Shown here piece by piece: positions 51,255 to 61,850 of a DNA stretch of 64,000 nt. Source of the stretch: an uncultured Chloroflexia bacterium (lineage in GTDB: Bacteria; Chloroflexota; Limnocylindria; QHBO01). The notes below the pieces were generated by a model, which saw nothing but the letters and a program-made list of their open reading frames with translations, was not told the DNA's origin and did no database searches. Location: contig CAVWZA010000017.1 of assembly GCA_963759405.1 (NCBI GenBank), positions 71,491-135,490 of the forward strand, read 5' to 3'. Position numbers and translations under genes: made by a program. How positions within the stretch are numbered: position 1 is the stretch's first letter; each line of letters starts with the position of its first letter.

Positions 51255-51791
51255 TCATCGCCGCGCGAAGCTGTCGAGGAGGTCTCCGATGTCGGGGCTC
51301 TTGGTCCGAGCGTCGTCCTGCTCGCGGTTCAACAGGCCGCCAAGGCTGCCGATGTCGATTCCGCCACCACTCGACGAGCGTCCCTGCTTGCCGAGCATGC
51401 CCATCAGGATCGGCGCGAGGGTGATCAGCAGCTTGCCAATGCTCCCGATGTCCAGGCCGCTCTTTGCGCTAAGCGAGCGCTCGAGATCCTGCTGCCGCGC
51501 GCCGAGCGTGTGCTCGAGGATGCCGGCGCCGTTCGTCGTGCGCGGGCTCAGCTGAGCGGAGCCGCCCAGGTAGTCGTCGAGCTGGTCGAGGATCGACCCA
51601 TCATGGTCGCGCTCGATCGCCTCCTGGAGCCCGGTTCCGGGCTTGGCCTCCTGGCTCAATGCGGCCAGAAGCGCAGGGACTGCGGTCCGCATTGCGGTAC
51701 GCGTCTGCTCCTCGTCCGCGCCGATTTGGTTGCCGATCCGGCCGGCGCGTCCCTCGAGGAGTTCGTTGAGCGTGTCGGATAGTTCAGCCAT
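51255..51791 (-). CDS. DUF937 family protein
   Basis: AVPALLAAL, DHDGSILD, GAGILEHTLG, LAPILMGMLGK. Confidence 0.75.
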   Translation of the reverse strand: MAELSDTLNELLEGRAGRIGNQIGADEEQTRTAMRTAVPALLAALSQEAKPGTGLQEAIERDHDGSILDQLDDYLGGSAQLSPRTTNGAGILEHTLGARQQDLERSLSAKSGLDIGSIGKLLITLAPILMGMLGKQGRSSSGGGIDIGSLGGLLNREQDDARTKSPDIGDLLDSFARR

Positions 51792-51892
51792 GCTTTCACC
51801 TCGTCGTGTTGGCGACCGGCTCTATGCGCCAAGCATCTGCCGGCCATTCAGATTCCACGCGAGAGATAAGCATTTTCCTCGCCACCGGTCCG

Positions 51893-52676
51893 TCATCGCT
51901 CCAGGGCCGCGTCCAGGTCCGATCCGGCGATCGCGGCATCCAGGTAGGTGGACGTGCCGGTGTCCTGAAGCTCTCGGGCCGCCGCGACCAGCGCACCGTA
52001 GGCGGCTCGAGCCAGCCCGCCACCGGTCGAGACGCGTCGGACGCCGAGGCCGGCCAGTACCGGAACGGGAGGAGTCCGCCGCATGGCCAGAACGTTGATC
52101 GGTGCCCCGATCTCGTCGACCACGCGCTTGATCTCGTCGGCCGTCACCAGCCCCGGCGCGTACAGCACGTCGGCGCCGGCGTCGCGATACGCCCGAAGCC
52201 GGGTGATGGTGTCGTCGAGGTCGCCGAGATCGTAGAGGTGATTCTCGGCACGCGCGGTGAGCACCATGCCGTGCTTACTTGCCGCCTCGGCGGCTGCCCT
52301 CACGCGTTCGACCGCGACCTCGATCGGGTCGATCGAGCCGGACCGCGGATCGTAGTCCTCGATCGAGCACCCAGCCGCTCCCGCCTCTGCGACGAGCCGG
52401 ACGGTCTCCGCCACCCCGGCAGGGTCATCGGCAAAGCAGCGCTCGGCGTCGACGCTGATCGGGGATCTCGACCGCGGCCGCAAGTGCCTCGACGTGGACC
52501 AGCAGCTCGTCGCGGGTGACGTGCTGGTCGGTCCGTCCGAGCGCGGCGGCATGCCCCGAGCTGGTGGTCGCGATCGCCGGGAACCCCATGGACGCAAGGA
52601 GTCGGGCGGAGCCGACGTCCCAGGCATTCGGCATCACGAACACGCCACTTCGGTGCAGGTCGCGGAAGCTACTCAT
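51893..52676 (-). CDS. Isocitrate lyase/PEP mutase superfamily protein (not a true PepM); frameshift at ~52460
   Basis: MPNAWDVGSARLL, ATTSSG, VDAE, GCSIED, LTARAEN, AGADVLYAPG, RRVSTGG; lacks EDKxxxxxNS. Confidence 0.85.
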
Positions 52677-52775
52677 TCCTCGATCCTAGACGAGGGCAGA
52701 TGGCGTCGGGCGTTTGACGCGGCGACGGTCGGGTACGGGATCGGCGGCGCCTCGGTCGGCGCGCAGCATCGGCGC

Positions 52776-53048
52776 ATGAACGCGTTCCCCCTCCCGAGCC
52801 CACCCCGGACCGTGGCTCCGCGACGGCTCCTCGGGGGCGTCGTCATCGCCATGGCCATCGTCCTGAGCATCGGGATGCTGGTCGCGGCGGGGCTGCAGCG
52901 AGACGACCTGCGCGACGGGACGACGCCTGGGCCGCTCCCGGATGTCCCGTCGGTCGTCCAGGCCGACCAAGCGGTCGCTGGGGCCGAGATCGCACCGGCG
53001 CCGGGAGCCGACATCATGCCGATGGAGGGGAGCGTCTCGCCGCGGTAG
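52776..53048 (+). CDS. Small hypothetical single-TM protein
   Basis: MNAFPLP..LLGGVVIAMAIVLSIGMLVAAG; fills the gap between the ICL/PEPM gene and pntB. Confidence 0.45.
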   Translation: MNAFPLPSPPRTVAPRRLLGGVVIAMAIVLSIGMLVAAGLQRDDLRDGTTPGPLPDVPSVVQADQAVAGAEIAPAPGADIMPMEGSVSPR

Positions 53049-53052
53049 CGGC

Positions 53053-54456
53053 TCAGGCCTGCTTGACTCCGGCAACCAGTGCCTCGACCGATGGCTTCGC
53101 GTCGCCGAACAGCATCGTCGTCTTCTCGTTGCTGAACAGCGGGTTGGGGATGCCGGCGAAGCCGGCGCCACGGCCGCGCTTGAGCACGATGATGTTCTGC
53201 GCCTGGTCGACGTTGAGGATCGGCATGCCGGAGATCGGCGAGCCCTCCTCGCGGGCCGACGGGTTGACGACGTCGTTGGCGCCGATGATCAGCGCGACGT
53301 CCGTATCGGCGAAGTCATCGTTGATCTCGTCCATCTCCTTGAGCCGGTCGTAGGGCACGTTCGCCTCCGCCAGCAGCACGTTCATGTGCCCCGGCATGCG
53401 ACCGGCGACGGGATGGATGGCGAACTGGACGTCGACGCCCTTGGCGACGAGCAGGTCCATCAGCTCGCGGACCGGGCCCTGCGCCTGTGCCACCGCCATG
53501 CCGTATCCCGGCACGATGATGACGCGCTTGCCATAGGCCATCAGCACCGCCGCATCCTCCGCGCTGATCTCGCGCAGCTGCTCCTCGCCCTCCTCGCCGG
53601 CGGCTACGGCGCCACCGCCGGTACCGAACCCGGCGAACAGGACGTTGAAGATCGAGCGGTTCATGGCCTTGCACATGAGCTGGGTGAGGATGGCGCCCGA
53701 TGCGCCGACCAGCGTTCCGGCGATCAGGAGCGCGAAGTTGCCGAGCACGAAGCCGGTCGCGGCGACCGCGATGCCGGTGTACGAGTTCAGCAGCGACACG
53801 ACGACCGGCATGTCCGCGCCGCCGATCGGCATCACCAGCTGGACGCCGAGCACCAGCGACAGGACCACGAACAGCAGGAAGAGCGGGACGCTGGCCGAGA
53901 CGACGGCCACGTAGACGCCGATCGCGACGACCGCGATGAAGAGCAATGCGGTGACGATCTGCGAGCCGGGGTACTTCACCGGCCGGGAGGCGATGATCCC
54001 CTGGAGCTTGCCGAAGGCAACCATCGAGCCGGTCAGGCTCACCGAGCCGATGATCGCGCCGAGCAGCGTTGCGATGACGAAGGCCAGCGGCAGCAGCTCA
54101 CCGGGGTTGGCCTCGGAGTCGCGCAGGAACTCCACCACCGCCACGAGCGCGGCGGCACCACCGCCGGCCCCGTTGAAGATGGCGACCATCTGCGGCATGG
54201 CGGTCATCGGCACCCGCTTCGCACCGAGCCAACCGGCCACCGCGCCGATGGCGCCGCCGACGGCGATGATCCACCAGTTGGCGAGCATGCCCTCGGTCGT
54301 GAAGAAGGTCCACGCGATCACGAGCGCCATCCCGGCGGCGCCCAGCTGGTTGCCGCGCCGCGCCGTCGCCGGGGAGGCGAGGAACTTGAGGGCCAGGATG
54401 AAGGTGATGCTGGCGACGAGCCAGACGAGGTAGGTCAGGATCTGGAGCGTGTCCAT
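53053..54456 (-). CDS. pntB: NAD(P) transhydrogenase subunit beta
   Basis: MTAMPQMVAIFNG, IGGADMPVVVSLLNSY, VPGYGMAVAQAQ, HPVAGRMPGHMNVLLAEA, GANDVVNP. Confidence 0.96.
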   Translation of the reverse strand: MDTLQILTYLVWLVASITFILALKFLASPATARRGNQLGAAGMALVIAWTFFTTEGMLANWWIIAVGGAIGAVAGWLGAKRVPMTAMPQMVAIFNGAGGGAAALVAVVEFLRDSEANPGELLPLAFVIATLLGAIIGSVSLTGSMVAFGKLQGIIASRPVKYPGSQIVTALLFIAVVAIGVYVAVVSASVPLFLLFVVLSLVLGVQLVMPIGGADMPVVVSLLNSYTGIAVAATGFVLGNFALLIAGTLVGASGAILTQLMCKAMNRSIFNVLFAGFGTGGGAVAAGEEGEEQLREISAEDAAVLMAYGKRVIIVPGYGMAVAQAQGPVRELMDLLVAKGVDVQFAIHPVAGRMPGHMNVLLAEANVPYDRLKEMDEINDDFADTDVALIIGANDVVNPSAREEGSPISGMPILNVDQAQNIIVLKRGRGAGFAGIPNPLFSNEKTTMLFGDAKPSVEALVAGVKQA

Positions 54457-54762
54457 CTAGCGCCGCTCTCCGGGGCGCTTCTTGAACATCTCCAGCATGC
54501 GGTCGGTGACCACGAAGCCGCCGACGACGTTGATGGTGCCGAGGATGACCGCGATCAGGGCGAGGATGATCCCGATCGGGCCGTCGGCGGTGGCGGCGAC
54601 CAGCATGGCACCCACCACGATCACGCCGTGGACGGCGTTGGCTCCGCTCATGAGCGGGGTGTGGAGCATGGTCGGCACCTTCGAGACGACCTCGTAGCCG
54701 ACGAAGGCGGCGAGCACGAGGATGTAGAGCGCCGCGATCAGCTCGAAGGCAGTGAGCTCCAT
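54457..54762 (-). CDS. pntAB: NAD(P) transhydrogenase subunit alpha part 2 (membrane)
   Basis: VGYEVVSKVPTMLHTPLMSGANA, INVVGGFVVTDRMLEMF. Confidence 0.93.
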   Translation of the reverse strand: MELTAFELIAALYILVLAAFVGYEVVSKVPTMLHTPLMSGANAVHGVIVVGAMLVAATADGPIGIILALIAVILGTINVVGGFVVTDRMLEMFKKRPGERR

Positions 54763-54766
54763 CGGG

Positions 54767-55981
54767 CTACGCGTCCTTCTTCTCGCCCGCGTCGGCGGGC
54801 GCATCGGTCGTGGCTGGTGCGGGCTTGGGCGGTGCGATCTCGATGCCGAGAGCCTTGGCGGTCGCCTCGTGGACGACCTTGCCGCCGTGGGTGATGGTGG
54901 CGCCACGGGTGATCTCGTCGTCGAAGTCGACGTTGAACGCGCCGTCCTTGAGCAGGTGCTTGATCAGGGTCTGCAGGTTCTTGGCGTACATCTGCGTCGC
55001 GCTGCCCGGCATGGTGGCCGGCAGGTTGGTGAGGCCGATGATCCGCACGCCGTGGCGAACGACCTCCTTGCCCGGCTCGGTGCCCTCCACGTTGCCGCCC
55101 ATCTCGGCGGCCATGTCGACGATCACGCTGCCCGGCTTCATGCTCTTGACCATCTCGTCGGTCACGAGCCGCGGCGCGGGGCGGCCGGGGATCAGGGCCG
55201 TGGTGATGATGAAGTCGGCCTCCTTGACCCGTTCCGCGATCAGCTCCGCCTGGCGGCGCTTGTAGTCGTCGCTCATCTCCGTCGCGTATCCGCCGGCCGT
55301 CTCCGCCTTCGCCTTCTCCTCGTCGGTCATCTCGACCTCGATGAAGGTGCCGCCCAGGCTCTGGACCTGCTCCTTGACGACCGGTCTGACGTCGGTTGCT
55401 TCCACCACCGCTCCGAGGCGGCGCGCGGTGCCGATCGCCATCAGTCCTGCGACGCCCGCGCCCATCACGATGCCTCGCGCAGGCCGCACGGTGCCGGCGG
55501 CCGTCGTCAGCAGCGGCATGAACTTCGGCAGGCGCTCGGCCGCGATGAGGACCGCCTTGTAGCCGCCGACCGTGGCCTGCGAGCTGAGCGTGTCCATCGA
55601 CTGCGCGCGGGTGATGCGCGGGATGGCGTCCATGCTGATGGCGGTCACGCCCTGCTTCGCCAGCTTCTGCGCCAGCTCCGGCTTGGCGAGGGTGCCAAGG
55701 GTGCCGATCAGGATGGAGCCCTCACGAAGCATCTCCACCTCCTCGTCGGAGGGGCGGCCGACCCGCAGGACCGCGTCCGCCTGGCCGTAGAGCGCCGGGG
55801 CGTCGGGGACGATGGTGGCGCCCGCCTCGCGGTAAGCCTCGTCGGTGTTCGATGACGCCTCGCCGGCACCGGCCTGGACGAGGACCTCGACACCGTCACC
55901 GACGAGCTGGCCGGCGATGAGCGGCGTGAGGGCGACGCGAGTCTCACCGTCGGCAGTCTCGCGTGGGACAGCGATCTTCAT
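54767..55981 (-). CDS. pntAA: NAD(P) transhydrogenase subunit alpha part 1
   Basis: GETRVALTP, PRITRAQSMD, GAGVAGL, GGYA, TTALIPGRPAP, DMAAEMGGN. Confidence 0.94.
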   Translation of the reverse strand: MKIAVPRETADGETRVALTPLIAGQLVGDGVEVLVQAGAGEASSNTDEAYREAGATIVPDAPALYGQADAVLRVGRPSDEEVEMLREGSILIGTLGTLAKPELAQKLAKQGVTAISMDAIPRITRAQSMDTLSSQATVGGYKAVLIAAERLPKFMPLLTTAAGTVRPARGIVMGAGVAGLMAIGTARRLGAVVEATDVRPVVKEQVQSLGGTFIEVEMTDEEKAKAETAGGYATEMSDDYKRRQAELIAERVKEADFIITTALIPGRPAPRLVTDEMVKSMKPGSVIVDMAAEMGGNVEGTEPGKEVVRHGVRIIGLTNLPATMPGSATQMYAKNLQTLIKHLLKDGAFNVDFDDEITRGATITHGGKVVHEATAKALGIEIAPPKPAPATTDAPADAGEKKDA

Positions 55982-56132
55982 CAGGGTCTGGTCTCTTCCG
56001 AAAGGGCATTCACACCGCGAACCGCCGCAGCTCCATCAGGGCGCGGGGCGGTTCGGATTTCGGAGTGTAGCAGGCACCGTGCCCGGTGGCGCTGCGCGGT
56101 CGGGTGGCCTCGTCCGCTAGGCTTGCCAACCC

Positions 56133-57092
56133 ATGTCGCTCGTCGTCGACTCCATCACCAAGCGCTTCGGCGATGTCGTCGCCCTCGACGGCATCTCGTT
56201 CAGCGTCGAGCCGGGACGCATCTTCGGTCTGCTCGGCGCGAACGGTGCAGGAAAGACGACGAGCATGCGGATCGTGCTCGACATCCTGCGCGCCGATTCC
56301 GGCCGCGTGACCTGGCTGGGCGCCGAGAACACGTCGTTGCCACGTCGCACGTGGGGCTACCTGCCCGAAGAGCGAGGGCTGTATCCGAAGATGGTCGTCG
56401 GCGAGCAGCTGCGCTTCTTCGCGGCGCTCTACGGGGTGCCCGAAGCCACGGCGCGCGCCGAGATCGACGACTGGCTGGAGCGGTTCCGGATCCCGGACTA
56501 CGGAACGCGCAAGCTCGAGGAGCTCTCCAAGGGCAACCAGCAGAAGATCCAGTTCATCGCGGCGATCCTGCACGACCCGGAAGTGCTGATCATGGACGAG
56601 CCCTTCTCGGGGCTCGACCCGGTCAACGTGCGGTTGCTCAAAGAGGCGTTCCTGGAGATGCGCGACCGCGGCAAGACGCTCATCTTCAGCACCCACCAGA
56701 TGGAGACCGTCGAGGAGCTGTGCGAGTCGATCGCCATCGTCGACCTCGGGCGGGTGGTGGTCAGCGGCGCCGTTCGCGACGTGAAGCGTGCGATGGGCCG
56801 TCGAGTGGTCCGGCTCGCGACGGCGGGCGACGGCCACGGGGCCGCATGGCTGACAAGCGTGCCCGGCGTCGAGCTGACGACCCAGCGGGAGGATTACGTG
56901 GAGCTCCACGTCCCCGCCGACCGCGATCCGGCCACGATCCTCGAGGCCGCCCTCGCCCAGGGTGAGCGGGTCACGCGCTTCGAGATCGCCGAGCCGAGCC
57001 TCGAGGAGATCTTCGTGGAGTACGTCGGTCGCCGTGCCGTCGACGAATCGGAGGAGCACCTGGCCAGCTCGAGCCGGGAGGGTGCGGCGTGA
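56133..57092 (+). CDS. ABC-2 ATP-binding protein (NatA/YhaQ-like, DUF4162)
   Basis: GANGAGKTT, GYLPEERGLY, LSKGNQQKIQF, DEPFSGLDP, STHQM. Confidence 0.92.
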   Translation: MSLVVDSITKRFGDVVALDGISFSVEPGRIFGLLGANGAGKTTSMRIVLDILRADSGRVTWLGAENTSLPRRTWGYLPEERGLYPKMVVGEQLRFFAALYGVPEATARAEIDDWLERFRIPDYGTRKLEELSKGNQQKIQFIAAILHDPEVLIMDEPFSGLDPVNVRLLKEAFLEMRDRGKTLIFSTHQMETVEELCESIAIVDLGRVVVSGAVRDVKRAMGRRVVRLATAGDGHGAAWLTSVPGVELTTQREDYVELHVPADRDPATILEAALAQGERVTRFEIAEPSLEEIFVEYVGRRAVDESEEHLASSSREGAA

Positions 57093-58395
57093 GCGGCCTC
57101 TTCCCCAATGCCCTCCATGTCGCGCGTCGCGAGTACCTGGTGCGCGTGCGGGGGCGCGCGTTCGCCATCACCACTGCGCTGCTGGCGGTCACCATCGCGG
57201 CGGTGACGATGGTGCCGACCATCCTGTCGGCGGTCGGCGTCGCGGAGCCGCCGCAGGTCGCGGTCGATGTCCAGGCCGAAGACCTGGCGGCCGACCCGGT
57301 GCTCCAGCTGCAGCTGGCGCTCATCGGCGCGAGCGGGAGTGATCCCGACGCCGAGAACGCGGATCGCCCACGCGTGACGCGTGCCGAGGATCCGGCCGCG
57401 GCTGCGCAGGCGGTTCGCGACGGCGAGCTCGATGCGCTGCTGACGATCACCCGCGACGACGACGGCGAGCTCGCCTACGTGTACCTCGGCAGCGCGAGCC
57501 CCACGAACCAGACCCGGCAGGTCGTCACGGCGTTTGCCCAGCAGTTCACCATCGCCGACCGTCTCGCCCGGGCGGGAATCGACCAGCAGGAGACCGCGCG
57601 AGATCTTCGAGCCGCCCGAGTTCACCGCCGAGCCGGTCGACCCTGACGATGCCGCCGACCCGGATGATTTCGGCGGTGCCTTCATCCTCGCCTACGCCGT
57701 CGTGATCCTCACCTTCATGGCCATCCTCACCTACGGCAACTGGGTGGCGCAGAGCGTTGCCGAGGAGAAGTCGAACCGCGTCATGGAGCTGCTGATCACC
57801 GCCGCCACTCCCCGCCAGCTGCTGATCGGCAAGGTGCTCGGCACCGGGGCGGCGGGACTGACGCAGTACGCCGCGATCGTCGCAGCCGCCATCATCGGCT
57901 TTCGTCGCCAACGGACCGGTCGCGGATGCCCTCGGCGTCGGCGGGCAGGCGCCGATCTCGCTCCCCGACCTGCATCCCGCAGTCCTGCTGGCGTTCAGCG
58001 CCTTCTTCCTGCTCGGCTTCCTGCTGTACGCGACGCTCTACGCGGCAGCCGGATCGATGGTGAGCCGCATCGAGGACGTCCAGCAGGCGGTCGGGCCGCT
58101 GATCTTCCTCGCGATCGCCGGCTACTTCGCAGCGTTCACGGGCCTCAACGACCCCGATGCGGCGTGGGTCAGCGTCCTGTCGCTGGTCCCCTTCTTCAGC
58201 CCATACCTGATGCCGGCCAGGATGCTGCTCACCTCGGTGAGCATGGCCGAGGTGCTGCTGGCATTGGCGCTCCTGGCGCTGGCGCTCGCGGCCGCGCTCT
58301 GGCTCGCGTCACGGATCTACAGCGCGGGGGTGCTCCTCTACGGCCAGCGCGTGGGCTTTCGAAACGTCTGGCGCGCCACCCGCGTTTCGCGTTGA
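57089..58395 (+). CDS. ABC-2 permease (NatB/YhaP-like); frameshifts at ~57595 and ~57900
   Basis: VARREYLVRVR, SVAEEKSNRVMELL, GKVLG, SLVPFFSP, RIYSAGVLLYGQR. Confidence 0.85.
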
Positions 58396-58397
58396 CC

Positions 58398-58949
58398 ATG
58401 GCATCGGCGACGGACTTCATCATCGTCGGCGGCCGGCGCCTCGAGCTGTCGCGCGGCGACATCACCGCGGAGCGGGTCGACGCCATCGCGAATGCGGCGA
58501 ACGAGCGGCTGCGGGGCGGCGGTGGCGTGGACGGCGCCATCCACCGCGCGGCGGGACCTGGCCTCCTCGACGAGCTGCGGCGGCGATACCCGGACGGCAC
58601 ACCGACCGGCACCGCGGTCGCGACCGATGCGCACGACCTGCCGGCCCGCTGGGTGCTCCACGCGGTCGGTCCGATCTGGCGCGGCGGCGGCGAGGGTGAG
58701 CCGGAGCTGCTGGCCGGCGCGTATCGGTCCAGCCTGCGGTTGGCGGATGAGCTCGGCGCGCGGACCATCGCGTTTCCGGCGATCAGCATGGGCATCTATG
58801 GCTATCCGCCACCGGACGGAGCGCGATTGGCGATCCGCACCGTGGTGGAGCACCTGGGTGGCCCGACGCAGGTCGAGCTGGCGCGCTTCGTCCTGTTCAG
58901 CGAGGAGACCTACGACCTCTTCGCCGACGCGCTGAACGAGCCTGCCTGA
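58398..58949 (+). CDS. Macro-domain protein (O-acetyl-ADP-ribose deacetylase, YmdB-like)
   Basis: GDITAERVDAIANAAN..LRGGGGVDGAIHRAAG, HAVGPIW, AFPAISMGIYGYP. Confidence 0.9.
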   Translation: MASATDFIIVGGRRLELSRGDITAERVDAIANAANERLRGGGGVDGAIHRAAGPGLLDELRRRYPDGTPTGTAVATDAHDLPARWVLHAVGPIWRGGGEGEPELLAGAYRSSLRLADELGARTIAFPAISMGIYGYPPPDGARLAIRTVVEHLGGPTQVELARFVLFSEETYDLFADALNEPA

Positions 58950-58953
58950 CGCG

Positions 58954-60102
58954 TCAGGATCTGGCGGGCGCCGCGCCGGAGGTGCGCATGCCGGGCACCG
59001 CCTCGCGGGGACGAAGCGCGAACCGCTCGTCGGGCGGCGCCAGCTCGTTCGCGGCGGTTGCATCCCCCATCACGAGCGCGGAGACGTACTCCCCGACCGC
59101 CGGGCCATGCTTGAAGCCGTGCCCCGACCCGCCTCCGACGATCCAGGCCGCCGGCATCGTCGGGTGGCGGTCGATGATGAAGTGCGTATCGGGCGTCAGC
59201 TCGTACTGGCACACGCGACCCTCGGCCACGGGCTGGCCGGCAAGCGCCGGGAAGCGGTCGCGCAGGTAGGCTCGGGAAGCCTCCACCCGCTCGTCGGAGA
59301 CGCGGCGCTCGTGGCGGTCGGGGTCCACGAGCGGCCCGGGCCAATCCGGCGCGACCTTGAAGCCCCGGCCCTCGATCGACGGCAGGCCATAGAACGCGGC
59401 GTCGTACTCCACCCAGGTGGGCAGGTTCGCCGCGTCGAAGCGCGTGTCCCCCGGCGGCGTCGCGAAGTAGATGACCTCCTGCTGTGGCACGCTCAGCTCG
59501 AGCGCCGGCAGTGGCCCAAGCAGCTTGGGCAGCCAGGGGCCCGCGGCGAAGACGAAGGCATCGGCCGCGAGACGCTCGTCGCCGATGTGGACATCGGTAC
59601 CGTCGACCCTCGCCAGGCCGATGCGGACCAGGCCGCCCTCCTCGACGAAGGCGCGCGCAGCGGCGTCGACGCCACGTCGCGCCAGCAGGACGCCGCCCTC
59701 GGGCTCGAGCAGTCCCCAGGCAAGGCCCGCGGTCGCCAGCTGCGGCCAGCGTTCGGTCATCGCGTCGGTCGTCAGTCGCTCGGTCGGGATGGCGTGGCGC
59801 TCGAGCGTCTCGGCCGATCGAGCCTCGAACCCGTCGTCACTTCGCGCCAGCCAGAGGACCCCCGTCCGGACGAACAGGCGCGGATCGAGCTGCAGCCACT
59901 GCTCGAGCGATCGGCGCTGCCACGCCGGGTAATGGTCGTCGGACCCGTGGCTGGAGCGCGTCGCCCGCGACTCGTCACCGGAGCTGGAGAGCGAGTTGCC
60001 GGCCCCGTACTGGTCGACCAGGGTGACCGACGCGCCCCGGCGGCGGAGCCAGCGCGCGGTCCACGTCCCGAAGACGCCCGCGCCGATGACGATGACGTGC
60101 AT
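58954..60102 (-). CDS. FAD-dependent amine oxidase (monomeric sarcosine oxidase/SolA family)
   Basis: VIGAGVFG, SSSGDESR, AAGPW, CQYELTPDTHFIIDRHP, GGGSGHGFKHGP. Confidence 0.88.
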   Translation of the reverse strand: MHVIVIGAGVFGTWTARWLRRRGASVTLVDQYGAGNSLSSSGDESRATRSSHGSDDHYPAWQRRSLEQWLQLDPRLFVRTGVLWLARSDDGFEARSAETLERHAIPTERLTTDAMTERWPQLATAGLAWGLLEPEGGVLLARRGVDAAARAFVEEGGLVRIGLARVDGTDVHIGDERLAADAFVFAAGPWLPKLLGPLPALELSVPQQEVIYFATPPGDTRFDAANLPTWVEYDAAFYGLPSIEGRGFKVAPDWPGPLVDPDRHERRVSDERVEASRAYLRDRFPALAGQPVAEGRVCQYELTPDTHFIIDRHPTMPAAWIVGGGSGHGFKHGPAVGEYVSALVMGDATAANELAPPDERFALRPREAVPGMRTSGAAPARS

Positions 60103-60135
60103 CGGCGGATCGTAGCGCGCAGTACGATCACCTCG

Positions 60136-61050
60136 ATGGAGGGCACGCCGTCGACCGCAGCCATCAGCACCCGGGCGCTGACGAAGCACTACGGGACGGT
60201 CGACGCGCTGACCGACCTTTCTCTCGAGGTTCGGCAGGGCGAGATCTTCGGATTCCTCGGCCCGAACGGTGCCGGCAAGTCGACGATGATTCGCACGCTC
60301 CTCGGCTACCTCCACCCGACCAGCGGCAGCGCCAGCGTCCTGGGCATGGACGTCGTGACCGAGTCGGTCGAGATCCGGCGCCTGACCGGGTACCTGCCGG
60401 GAGGCATCGCCCTGTACGACTCGCTCAGCGGCGAGGAGGTGCTCGACTATCTCGTCGACCTCCAGGGACGCGAGCCGCATCGACGCGCGGAGCTGTGCGA
60501 GCGGCTCGAGCTGCCGGCATCGGTCCTCAAGCGAAAGGTGCGCGACTACTCCCGCGGGATGCGGCAGAAGATCGGCGTCGTGCAGGCGCTCCAGCACGAT
60601 CCGGAGCTGGCGATCCTCGACGAGCCGACCGAGGGGCTCGATCCGCTCATGCAGCACGCCTTCTACCGCATCCTCGACGACCTCCGACGCGAGGGACGGA
60701 CCGTCTTCTTCAGCTCGCACGTCCTCTCGGAGGTCGAGCGGCTCTGCGACCGGGTGGCGATCATTCGCGCCGGCCGGTTGATGGCCCTCCACACGGTGAG
60801 CGACCTCCTCGCTCGGCGGCGCAGGCGCGTGACCATCCGCTGGGCCGGGGAGGCGCCCGACCTGAGCGCGCTGCCCGGCCTGGAGGATGTCCAGGTCGAC
60901 GGCAACCGCGTGATCGGCATGCTCTCGGGCGAGGTCGCGGGCTTCGTGCGTGCCATCGCGTCGCCCAACCTCGAGGACCTCACGATCGAGCCGGCAAGCC
61001 TGGAGGAGGCCTTCCTCGAGTACTACGCGTCCGAGGAGACGCCGGCGTGA
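60136..61050 (+). CDS. ABC-2 ATP-binding protein
   Basis: GPNGAGKST, YSRGMRQKIG, ILDEPTEGLD, SSHVLSE. Confidence 0.92.
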   Translation: MEGTPSTAAISTRALTKHYGTVDALTDLSLEVRQGEIFGFLGPNGAGKSTMIRTLLGYLHPTSGSASVLGMDVVTESVEIRRLTGYLPGGIALYDSLSGEEVLDYLVDLQGREPHRRAELCERLELPASVLKRKVRDYSRGMRQKIGVVQALQHDPELAILDEPTEGLDPLMQHAFYRILDDLRREGRTVFFSSHVLSEVERLCDRVAIIRAGRLMALHTVSDLLARRRRRVTIRWAGEAPDLSALPGLEDVQVDGNRVIGMLSGEVAGFVRAIASPNLEDLTIEPASLEEAFLEYYASEETPA

Positions 61051-61850
61051 ACGGCAGGCTCTTCCTCCAGACCCTGCGCTGGCAGCGAGTGCGCCTCGTC
61101 ATCGTGGTGCTGGCCGGCTTCGGCTGGGGAATGCTCATCCCGGTCTTCTACGGCGCATTCAGCGACATGATCCGCGACCTCGCCAACTCCGGCGCCTTCC
61201 CGCCCGAGCTCCTGAACTTCGGGTCCGGCTCGCTCTTCACGCTGCCCGGCGCGATCACGCTGGGCACGCAGCACCCGCTGGCGATCGCGATGGTCGCGAT
61301 CTTCGCCATCGGCTCGACCGCGACGGCCGTTGCCGGCGAACGGGCGCGCGGCACACTCGAGGTACTGCTCGCCCGACCGATCTCGCGGCTGACGCTGTAC
61401 GTGAGCATCCTGGTTGCGATGTTGGTGGCGGTGCTCCTCGTCATCGGCGCCATCATCGGTGGCATGGTCGCCGGGTCGGCGATCCAGGGACTGACCGATG
61501 AGCTCGACCTCGGCCAGCTGCCGCTCGTCCTCCTCAATGGCTTCGGGCTGTGGGCGGCGTTCACGACCTTCGGGCTGGCTGCATCGATCACGTTCGACCG
61601 GCCCGGCCCGGCCATCGGCCTGTCGCTGGCCTACCTCGTGATCAACTACTTCTTCGAGATCCTCGGGTCCCTGTGGGCCGATGCGGCCTGGACGCAGGAC
61701 TACTCGCTCTTCCACCACTTCAACCCCGGAGCCATCCTGGGCGGTGAGGCGGTCCTGCTCGACCTGGTGATCGTGTTCGTGGCCGCGATCGTGCCGGTGA
61801 TCTACGCGATCATCGTCTTCCCCAGGCGCGACCTGGCGGCGCCCGCCTAG
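61047..61850 (+). CDS. ABC-2 permease
   Basis: VAGERARGTLEVLLARPISR, about 6 TM, C-terminal FPRRDL; GTGA overlap. Confidence 0.88.
   Translation: MNGRLFLQTLRWQRVRLVIVVLAGFGWGMLIPVFYGAFSDMIRDLANSGAFPPELLNFGSGSLFTLPGAITLGTQHPLAIAMVAIFAIGSTATAVAGERARGTLEVLLARPISRLTLYVSILVAMLVAVLLVIGAIIGGMVAGSAIQGLTDELDLGQLPLVLLNGFGLWAAFTTFGLAASITFDRPGPAIGLSLAYLVINYFFEILGSLWADAAWTQDYSLFHHFNPGAILGGEAVLLDLVIVFVAAIVPVIYAIIVFPRRDLAAPA

Noticed and set aside
51893-52676. ICL/PEP-mutase family gene as the missing pepM of the phosphonate pathway
   Set aside because: It lacks the PepM motif EDKxxxxxNS (has SIEDYDP) and is ~45 kb away. The real pepM is more likely the truncated gene at the left edge.
53053-55981. Split transhydrogenase alpha subunit as a frameshift or novelty
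   Set aside because: The three-gene pntAA/pntAB/pntB layout is a well-known natural arrangement, and each part has its own start and stop.
58398-58949. Macro domain as antitoxin or anti-phage component (DarG-like)
   Set aside because: Stand-alone YmdB-like sequence with no adjacent ADP-ribosyltransferase; a housekeeping role is more likely.
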